Below, piece after piece: positions 53,192-64,000 of a stretch of 64,000 nt of DNA. The translations under genes and the position numbers were made by a program. The stretch comes from Octopus vulgaris (lineage: Eukaryota), in NCBI GenBank assembly GCA_951406725.2, contig OX597816.1, positions 138,756,001 through 138,820,000 of the forward strand, in the 5' to 3' direction. Every line of letters starts with the position of its first letter. Position 1 is the first letter of the stretch. The notes beneath the pieces are model-generated. The model did not search any database and had not been told where the DNA came from. It saw nothing but the letters and a program-made list of their open reading frames with translations.

Positions 53192-56100
53192 GTCACGCGT
53201 ATTTATAATTATAAATGAATATGCGTATACATGTAGCATATATAACATATATGGGTAACTGATTAATGTAGTTTATTTAAACAAACTCCAGTTTGTAGAT
53301 AAATTTACATGATTCGTTCACAGTCTATATGAAAATGTATCTAGTGTATATAAACTCTGACAAAAGCCTTATTATAAGTATGTTTAGACGGCTGACAAAT
53401 CTGTACAGTCTGTTTACTTCTGCTTCATCTCCTAAGAGTTATATCGTAACATATCATACACAATTACAGTTTTCATTTAACAATGCGTTCGTCTGTCTAT
53501 AGAAAACCTTAATACATCTTTCATCTCCAAGAAGAACCTTTCGTCAACTTTTATTAATTATAGATATTTGTGAATAGTGAATCTGTGAACATACATATAA
53601 ACATGTTTTAACAAGCAGATTCGTCTTGTGAATTTGATGCAGATGCTGATTTTCAGGTATTGTTCTTTAGAAAAATCTAGTTCATATCTCACTGCCGTAA
53701 CATCCGTCCTTTTGATTCTAGCTTATCTGTCATCGGTAAATAAAATACCTATAAGATACTGGTTTCAAGTTTTGGCATAAGTCGCTGAGCATTACCCGGC
53801 GTGCTATCGGTTCTACCAGCTTACCGCTCTAATTCACAATCACAGTGTTCCATCATTAACCACTGGTCTGACACTTAAGTAATTTTGAACTTGATATCTT
53901 CACGGTTTTCCCTTGGTCATATAAAATGGAAAGAGCTGACATTCCTTCGGCGCATTCATCATTTCTTTGTTTGTAGACGACTATTTCATGTCAATCAAAT
54001 TAAAAATATAAAAAAAAAACACCAATTAATTTCTTTCGAGTTTTTTTTTTTATTTCGCTTTCATTTTTATAAATTTTATTTTATTTTTATTTGATTTATA
54101 TTTTTGTTTTGGATCACTGATTATTTTTTCTGAGATTGTAATCATCTCATAGCAAATGTACAGAAACTATTTAATGTTTATACAAACACATACCTTACTA
54201 CCTTACATTGACAAATAGATGCCACATACCAACTGAGAGGAATCAGCAGTATGTTCAGTGATATTTCACCACTCACCAAATGGCTAACCTATTTATACAT
54301 ATCTTAATTAATGTTAATTACCTGCTTTTCTCAACTACATCATACGTATATTGGTACACCTATTCCCTGATTACCTGAACAAGTAATGTACCTCTCTAAT
54401 CGCGACCAGTCAGTGTGACTGTCAGTTTCTTGACATTTCTTTTCTATCACACGAGTTTGTAATGTAGATTACACGACCCTCAATATTAAGAGCCTACATA
54501 ATGACCTATGTAAATGGTTCCACAGAGTGGTTTCCTGAATAGAAAAGCATTAACTAAAGTTCCATGTGGTCGACTTTGTCTAATGAACTTTATTTATCAA
54601 GACTGAAGCATTAAAGCCGCGGGAAATATTTAGCTTTAAAGCCATATATAATATCAGGCACTATTCAAAGTTTTTGTAAGATGAAATGAGTAAAATGTTT
54701 CTATGTTCTGGTCTGGGAACCTTGAGCATTTTCAGAAGAATTCATAACACTCACAATCATCGTTGGGCTGGTATATATCTTGTCTTTATGTATCCAGGGA
54801 ACACATACCACAGAGCATGTTGAAATATACAGTATGTTCCTCAGCTATATTATGTTTTGCTTCTCAACTATATTGTGTTATAGTCCTCAACTATTTGGTG
54901 GTATATTTGGAACAACATGTCCATTGATCGTATTTAGTTGTTCCATAGACTATTTGCGTGTTATAGTTCTGCGTGATCAGTTTGTCGTGACTCGTGCAAG
55001 AACAGCTCTAATGGCATATCCTCTTTCCAGTGCTTCTGTCGACTGCTTTAAATTTCTTTGTGACGAAGAGCCTTACCGTACACGTTAGAACTATTTTATG
55101 AACCACCTACACAAAATTATTCTTTTTGTGGAATTTATTAATCTGTTTTGCTGATGTAGACCTTTAGTCTGTAGTTGCTCTTTGTTCTTCAATTTTAGCC
55201 AACTAGATTATTGCTATAGCTATTCAGATGTACATCTCGAATACTGTATAGTTTGGTTCTTTTCCCAATTCTGACATCAAATACGACATACAGTTCTTGA
55301 ATCGAAGTACTGATTCTTCAAGGAATATCTCCCCATTCAGATATTTCTGTATTACAGTATCACTCATACTTTCATCACCTTAATTTATAGTGATTCCACC
55401 AGTCTATGAGAATATATAAATAACTCTTCAAGCTAACCATGAGATATAAAATCAAAAATTTCTTGTTAATCAGTATTCACTTTAGAGTATTTCATTCTCG
55501 GGGAAGACTGGGGTAGGAGACTAAAGAAAGACTGGTTGTTAGATCAGTGCCTCGCACTGTTCCCTAGAGCAGCCCCGTCCGTTGTAAACAAACATATTTA
55601 ACTCTAAGCAGTCCCTTTAATCAGCTACATGCCAGTTGTGATAGCAGCACAAACAACAGAATGTTAGAATAAATGTTACCGCAGTTTGTTTAACTTTAAA
55701 TTTCTTGTTTCACCTTTGTCAGTCATATAACGTTAAGCACCAGTTAATATAGAGAGGTTTCGTAATTGACTTTTCCCATTACACAAGTTTGTTTTCTGGC
55801 CTTATGTATCTGTTAGAAATCAATATTTAGGCGCTTTGACTATACTAGAATACCTAATTTTAGTAAAGAGCAGTGGATTACTGTGGTTGAGAGTAAGTAG
55901 TTCAGATTGCTTCCACACGAAGAAAAACATTTTTTTACAGGAAATACCATGTTATTTTGATAGATGAAAGAATTTAATAGCTACTATAAATGCCAATACT
56001 AATCATAGCTTAAAATACAGATATTTGTAATCAGACTATTGCGCGAGGAACGCCGTACAACACCCATCTTGCAGCATTTTGTTTCATCTGGTCAGATTTC

Positions 56101-56999
56101 AATCAGTTGTAAGCTTTTATGTTGACCTTTCAAATCCCGTCGGGACAAGTGTGGTCTTGCAGATATCCGAGTGTAATTTTCATGTTATCGTCATGTATAA
56201 ATCTGTCATGTACTGTTTCATGCAAAATAAGTACCAATAGTGTAAGGGTCAAACAAAGGGCGCTACTTCGGTATGGGATCTACAACTTAGAGGGTGATTA
56301 CTTTAGGTTACTTTTTAGATTACTTACCAATTTCTAAAAACCCTTCAGATGTTGGCTAAAGATTATTTTACAATAAATTCTTTTGTATATAATCTTAGTA
56401 TCGTAAATTAATTTTTTTCAAAATTCTTACAATTTTAATAATAATAATAAAACCATGTTTCACTTATGCTTTAGTAAATAATAAGTAGAAGCCAATAATA
56501 AACAATATAATAATTAAAATAAACGTGTAGGTCACACAAATTTGGCAGCTGCCAGTTTTGCAACGTAAAGAAATTAAAAACTAACCCAAAGTCATCGCCG
56601 TTGAAATTGTAGATCACACGCCAAAGTAGCACCGAACAAGGTGTATATCTCATTCGCCTTGATAGATTCACACTCCTTGGATTATCGGTACGAACTGGAA
56701 TTTAAGAATAAATGAAAACTTGATCAATGAAACACTCAACTTGACGAAAAAAATTAATTTGAAGAAGCTAGTGAAGCAAATTATAGAGACCGCCCGAAAC
56801 GTTAGCACATGAATGTATGGTAATTTAATAAACTAGTATGAATTGATTGCTAAGGTCTTAATATAAGTTTATCAGACACTGTAAATAGCAATTTTATAAA
56901 GAAGTAAAAACAGGCAGACAAACTGGACAAACTCCTAGATGTATTATTTACTATCAGTGAGAGCATTTATCATTCTGTTCCAAATTGGTACTTATATTT

Positions 57000-57229
57000 G
57001 TTTTTATTCTTTTACTTGTTTCAGTCATTCCACTGCAGCCATGCTGGAGCACTGCCTTCAAGGGTTTTTAGTCGAAAAAAAATCGACTCTAGGACTTATT
57101 TTTTATAAGCCTAGAACTTATTCTATCAATCTCCTTTGCCGAACCACCAAGTTACGTGTACAAAAACACACCAGCATTGGTTGTCAAGCAGTGGCGGGTG
57201 GGTGGGAAAGGGAGACAAGCACAGACACA

Positions 57230-57283
<54 letters not shown>

Positions 57284-57470
57284 AACACACAAACACACAC
57301 ACGCACACATACATTTGATATGCTTCTTTCAGTTTCCGTCTACCAAATTCATTCACAAGGTTTTGGTCGACCCGAGGATATAGTAGAAGACACTTGCCCA
57401 AGGTGCAGCGCAGTGGAACTGAACCCGGAACCATGTGGTTGGGAAGCACACTTCTTACCACACAGCCACG
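57000..57470 (-). mobile_element. SINE family A
   Basis: Full-length reverse copy with internal (CA)n. Confidence 0.8.
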
Positions 57471-57980
57471 CCTGTTTATGATGTCGTTGAATACAATTTA
57501 TAAACCCTGGGTAGAGTATTCTCAGAATTCGTACTGTGGAGGACAAATCACCATGCGATATTTAGGCACGTCATACTACGTCCTGGGTTCAAATAACACT
57601 GGGTTGATTTTTGCCTTTCAATACGTCAAGGTTCAGAAAATAAAGAACCCACAAAAACCCCGTGGTCAATATAATGGGTTATATACCTCCCGTATGTATG
57701 CGGTATAGTACAAATAATACTAATCAATAGCAGCTATAAACCATCCGTTTCATTTATGTCCCTTTGTCAATCTGATTGACTATTTGTTTGTCCTAGAAGT
57801 TTGTTTGGTTGTCTACGTGTCTGCCTGTCTCTGTATCTGTCTGAATGTTTGTCTCTCTATAAATCATTCACTGATTCACATATACCAATATAGACACAAA
57901 CAGAAGAAAATCAAAGATTACACATACATGCTTATATATATAAATATATATATTTATATATATATATATGTCAGTATATG

Positions 57981-58023
<43 letters not shown>

Positions 58024-58054
58024 GTCAGTATATGTATATATGTATATATATATA

Positions 58055-58100
<46 letters not shown>

Positions 58101-58454
58101 CATATATATTTATATATATTTCTGTGTGTGTCTGTAATAAGCGCAAAGTTATAAGCATATATGCAATAAAAACCAAATAATACGAGTATATTTAAAGTGT
58201 TTATATTTGAAAATAATCACCTCTGTAAATACTCACGTACGCACAAGTATTTATACGTAAAATAAATATAGAAGACAATATTCATTCATTCAGATGTATG
58301 ATAACTTACATGTGTGTGGGGCGCGGTTGGGATGTATGTATGCACATTTATTTATATACGAAGATACATATATATATGTGTGTGTGTGCGTGTGTATTAG
58401 TAATTGTCTTATACATAGGCACATATGAATGTATACGTATACACATATATATAC

Positions 58455-58487
<33 letters not shown>

Positions 58488-58864
58488 TGTATGTATGTAT
58501 GTATGCATGTATGTATGTATGTGTGTGTGTGTGTGTGTGTGTACGTATGAATGGCTGTATGAATGTATGTATGCAAAAGCGTGTAGAATATGTGAGTTCA
58601 GAGTTGGCGAGACTTTAGCTTCTGCCTGGTTGCCCATGGTAATCCTTCTTCATAGAGAAGGTGTATAAATAAAATGTACACATATATTTCTCTTAAGTTA
58701 TTAATGCAAAAATGCGTTCGAAATTTCATAATTATATTATTTTTATTTTAAAATCCACTTTCTCTCTAACCTTCATTTTTACTATTATATTTCCTTTCCT
58801 CTTTATCAGATTTTTTTTCTACCATTTTTGCATTTATTTTTATTATTTTCTTTTCGTTGATAAC

Positions 58865-58866
<2 letters not shown>

Positions 58867-58895
<29 letters not shown>

Positions 58896-59105
58896 CTTCT
58901 TCTTCTTCTTCTTCTTCTTCTTCTTCTTCTTCTTCTTCTTCTTCTTCTTCTTCTTCTTCTTCTTCTTCTTCTCCTTCTTCTTCTTCTTCTTCTTCTTCTT
59001 CTTCTTCTTCTTCTTCTTCTCCTCCTCCTCCTCTTCTTCCTCCTCCTCCTCCTTCTTCTTCTCATTCACCTCCTACTCTTCCTCTCCTCCTCCTCCTCCT
59101 CCTCC
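58867..59105. repeat. (TTC)n then (CTC)n polypyrimidine tract
   Basis: About 50 TTC units visible. Confidence 0.95.
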
Positions 59106-60316
59106 TTCGTTTTCTTCTGAGAAAGGGGAAATAGAAAGATAAAGAAAAAAAGAGGGAGAAAGAGAGGGAGAGAGCTGGGGAGAGGAATGAGAGAGAGGAT
59201 GTGCGCGAGAAAAGGTGGTGGAATAAGAACTGAAGATAGTTCGTCACGGGTGGAACGGTGAGAGTAAGACACAAAGCCTATAAAGAAAATGATGAAGGGT
59301 GAGAGAAAAACTCTTTTGTTCTTACATTCTTAGATATCTGCTTAAGTCTTGTAATTTAAATTTTTTGTCAACTTTCACACTATCTTCCTTCCCCTCTCCG
59401 TCTCTCTCTCTCTCTTTCTCTCTCTTTCTTTCTCTCTCTTTCTTTCTTCCCCTCATCTCTCATTTCAGTTCCAATTTTATGAATTCTCACTTCGTTTCTA
59501 CATAGATCGATATGTATTTAGTTGAAAATCTCATTGAAATACTTAAAGATTTGCTTAGCAAGCCATAGTGGAGCGAAAGTGGTGTACGTACGTATGGTAG
59601 CAATAACAGAAAGCAGAAAAGAAAAGCAATAAAGAAAGAAGGTCCGTCTTCTTGGAGTAAGTAAAAAGATATATACCGTTTCAGAAATGATCGCATTATA
59701 ACCACCGCTATTGTTCATTCGTTTCTCACGTTTTTATCTATTCTTCTTTTAATTACCTCACTTTCAAACTCTCCTTTTAATCAGATTTCCCTCTTATTTA
59801 AAGAACAGAAAGAAAAAAAAGAAAACACGCAACCAACAAAAATAAAAACAACAAAAACAGCAACAAACGAAAAACGAAAGAAATGAATCTTTGTTATTCG
59901 TAGGTTTAACTCGTAGACTTTCAAGTTAACTATTTAAAGAATGTTATGGTTTTAAAACCATCTTTCCTTTGTTTTTCATTTAAGTCATTTAACATTATTA
60001 TCTTTTCCTTTTGTTAATGTTGTTGTTAGTGTGCTTATAGCCATTTCTCTCTATTTCTGTATTACAATTCAAATTTTGTAGTATTTTCTTCTCTTTTCTC
60101 ATTTTCCTTTCTTTTTTCTTTCCAAGATTTTCACTTCGGTGTTTCGGATGAAATTTATTCCTTTGTTTCTCTTTTTTCTTCTTTTCTTTTTTACTACTTC
60201 TTAAATTGTTTTTGGAGAGATTTTCACTTTATTTACAGGAGAAATATAAAAACAGAAATTTTGAATATTCGACTGAAATATATTTTAATACTTTGATACG
60301 TCTAGTTATTTACGCA

Positions 60317-60377
<61 letters not shown>

Positions 60378-60471
60378 TATGAATATATATGTAAGCATAC
60401 ATACAGACACACATGCATATGTCTTTATATACGTGTAACATATGTGTGTGTGTGTGGATATATATACATAA

Positions 60472-60526
<55 letters not shown>

Positions 60527-61470
60527 GTATGTATGTATGTTTGTATGTATAAATGTATATGTATGTGCGTCAAGAGAAAATAAATAAGTATATATATATA
60601 TATATGCGCGTGTATATATATGTACAGTATTTGCTGATTTGCACTTACATATAGAAAATATACATATTCTAGTTCAGTGTTGTAGTGAGATATTGGTGTG
60701 TACTTAGATGTGCCTAGAAATATGTATCCAGATGCATGTATAGAGAGCCACTGTTACCACTAACACAGAGAACCGAGCTACTATGAATCAACGCACATAC
60801 ATACATATATACATACATCAATACACACATATTGACAACTTAAACAAGGAACATCCTCCTTATAATAAGTAGTCAGAATATTACAAACTTTAGAAAGGAA
60901 TATATTGAGAAAGAATAAACTAAACATTTGTTAATAAAATTAATTTATAATGTTTAAAAAATAAACCTAGGGGACTTCTCTTTTTATAGAAACGCGGGTA
61001 GCAGAAAAGCAAGAAATAATATTTATGATATTCGATCTTAATCAGAAATCATTCTATAGAGACTAGGGAGAAGATTGGTGACATTCAAGGAGGCTCTTTA
61101 TTATGAAGAAACGTTTTGGCGAATCGTTTGTATGGAAAACAACGTAGTAAATTTCAAAAGTGAAAGCTATATAGTATAGCAATGCAGCTGAAACATATCA
61201 TCAAAGGCCAGCTATCTACATGGAATACGTGAATGGCAAGAGTAAGGCGAAAGGGACTAGGATTAGATTTAAACTACCACATTGTCAGTACTATCTTGAT
61301 AACTTATGTCAAGAAAGTCAATATGAAGACACATACACATTCTCAGTGTAGACTCAGTACCCAGGTACGTCTAAATAATGGTTTCTCGTATTGGTACACG
61401 TTTATAAAGGAGAAAATGCGATTAAAATTTAACTATCTACAAAATATATACGAAATAGATAAATTATTTA

Positions 61471-61771
61471 CAGTTATCGTCAAGCTAATATGGCAGTCCA
61501 TAAATATAGGACGAAAGCTGCCGTTGATTAGCTCCAAGAGGCCATCGCCTCTAGCTAGCTATAGGACACAGCTGCTTCCTCTTGCTGGTCAGGCATCTGC
61601 AGACATGTTTCAGAGTATAAGGGTGAGCGGCTGACCTCCTCTGTTCGAAGGTTATAATGGACACAGGTTCGTGTGTCATTTAGCTAACTAGAGGCGATAG
61701 CCTCTTGGGGCTAATCAACGGCAGCTTTCATCCTATATTTATGGACTGCCATATTAACTTGGCGATAACTG
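61471..61771. mobile_element. 301-bp MITE with ~100-bp terminal inverted repeats
   Basis: cagttatcgtcaagctaatatggcagtcc... / ...ggactgccatattaacttggcgataactg. Flanked by tta on both sides (61468-61470, 61772-61774). Confidence 0.85.
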
Positions 61772-63879
61772 TTAATATCCAGTACCGCTGCAGTAGTCTC
61801 CTTTAGAGAGACTTAGAAATAATGATATTTCTATAAATTATTTATCCCCACTTAAAAGTGGATGTTGTGTTACAAAATGAGATAACATTTCATATGGATT
61901 CGTGGTACACATAAACACTCATGTTTATATCGCTTGCGGTAGATAATTGTCCGCTATCGCTGCCGGGACTACCGGATCACATGGTTTCGACCTTCATTAA
62001 TCTTGTCAATGGCAGGCACCTATGGATAGAGATAGCATTGATTCCCTCAAGCGATATACATAGAATCGCACTGTCTATTCCGGAATTGGTGTCGCAAATA
62101 GTCAATGGTCTTATTAAAAACCAATTAATAGCGTCAGAAGCAGTATTAATATCAAAAGACAAATTTATCTCCACTTAAAAGAGGATGTGTCAGAACACTT
62201 AACACTGCGTTATTTACCATCTGACTCTACTGTTGAATCTTCATTACTTTTGCTGCGAAATGCTGAGTAGGAATTCTCACCCTCACGAAAATAAAGCTGA
62301 GAATTCAATTAAGATGAGCTTGTAAACAGAAAAATTGCCCACCGCTGTTTCTCGGCAAGTTTCCCGCAGCTGAAAGAGATAGCAGTCGTGTTGCATTGCC
62401 CTCGTGACTTGATTTATCACTTTCACTGTAGATATAGTGACACTGGGAAAGGTGCACTCTAAAATCATTTTAATGATTCATTACACAGATATTTTCAACC
62501 ACAGCGAAAATGATTACATCTGAAATTCAAAACCATGGATCATGAATTTAAAAGTTGACGATGTCGTTGCAGCGACCAGAATATCATACACGTCCTCGAC
62601 AATATTATACCACTACCTTCATAGTTTCCTTGCTGCTGAAGTCATGCAGTAGATGTAGCATAAACGGTAGCACTCGCAATTATTCTCCTGTCAACAATAT
62701 GCTGCGGTTCTTTAAGACTCGAAGTCATCAGAGCAAGCACCGTTAAAAAGAGGAGATAGATTAGGATGGACATTTATGAAAGGTTCCGCAATTGTAAGAG
62801 AAGCAGTCATCATTGATTTTGAGGGAAGATCATTAATATTTGCGTGTATACGTGTGCTTTGCTGTAAGTATGGAAAACTGTGGGATCTTAGAAGAGGAAG
62901 AACAAAGAACGAAGAACGAAGTATGATGAACAAAGAAGGAAGAACTGTTTTCGTCCTCGTGATTAAAACATATTTTCTCTACTTTTACTTTAAACTCATT
63001 TTAATATCCACAATTCCAAACTTGTACGAGACCAAATGTGGTAACATCATGTTCATTATGATCAACGTCGTGATCGTCATGATGATGATCATCGTTGTCG
63101 TCGGCGTCGTCGTCGTCAATATCATCGCTTTTGCAATAGTTTCATTAGTGTTTCTGCCGACGCACTCGATGCACTTCTATGATGATGTGTATGCAGCTTG
63201 TCGCTTGTATAGGTGTGGTATTAGATTCGCATATCACAACTATCTTCCAGCTTACTCTAGTATTTGATCCACTTGTTGCGTAAGATGTGTCCTGTTTGAA
63301 TAGCGTTATTTTGTTAGTTGGCGCTTGTGTTTGTATGAGTGGTGACCGCGTAGTACAAGTGCTGTGCTAGTGTTTGTGTTATATTAAGGCATTGTTTCCC
63401 AGCGTGAAGAATATGCATAACCGGTGAAGTCTGGGAATATTGTGGTGGGGCGTGAGATCCAAAGTTTTTTTCTTTTTTTTTTTTTTGTTAGTGGGACATG
63501 GAATTGTGAAAATCTATTTTTCACAGCAAACATACTATACCTATACTCAATCTAGCCAAACCAATCCCTCCAGTCAAGCATATTTGTGAAGACTTTGCTA
63601 CAGTATAGCGCTACTCCAATGCCCTAGTGTGGATATTTCTTGAAGGAAAATATATAATTATGAAATTTTAAAAATAAAGAGCTTTTTTCCAACCACCGGT
63701 GAGGCATACATTTTTCTGGAAAGTTACTGTGGCGTCTGGGAGAAAATAGCATGGGACACACTATATTAAGGGATAACAGTCGTTCAGAAGGTGAATTATA
63801 TGAATACCTGTTCGTGTTCATGGTGTATTATATTATGGGATGTCTACTATGTAAGATTAAGTTTGGATAAATATCTTTT

Positions 63880-64000
63880 TCTACTCTATGCACAAGGCCC
63901 GAAATTTTTGGGGAGGGGGCCAGTCGATTAGATCGACCCCATCACGCAACTAGTACTTAATTTATCGACCCCGAAAGGATGAAAGGCAAAGTCGACCTCG
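63880..64000 (-). mobile_element. SINE family B, cut by the window edge
   Basis: atcgaccccgaaaggatgaaaggcaaagtcgacctcg. Confidence 0.8.

Noticed and set aside
54740-55500. Possible decayed non-LTR ORF on the minus strand
   Set aside because: Many stops and no diagnostic motif recognised.
62280-62370. Minus-strand exon candidate (tctctttcag ... gg|gtgaga)
   Set aside because: All three frames contain stops; no independent support.

Overview
AT-rich, microsatellite-saturated eukaryotic DNA with no recognisable intact host gene. Nearly all ORF-track entries are translated microsatellites. The SINE repertoire (tRNA-headed SINEs with a Nin-type core, tRNA/CORE-like SINEs with internal (TA)n/(TG)n) resembles octopod cephalopod DNA; this is inference from repeat recognition only. 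Recognisable mobile relics: a Tx1/L1-clade reverse transcriptase, R4/Dong-like RLE LINE pieces in (AAT)n, a Penelope-like (PLE) GIY-YIG 3' end, a Helitron 3' end and a 301-bp MITE. The main hidden signal is a dense set of about 19 type I hammerhead-ribozyme (HHR) motifs from about nine unrelated sequence families. They have palindromic stem III and lie mostly in short non-coding elements inserted in (TA)n tracts, arranged as fold-back inverted repeats or ~310/479-bp tandem units. This fits PLE pseudo-LTR or retrozyme architecture. Several families carry non-canonical cores (CCGANGA = U4C; CUGUNGA = A6U with position 7 varying freely). All ribozyme calls are by-eye motif and pairing calls; activity is untested.
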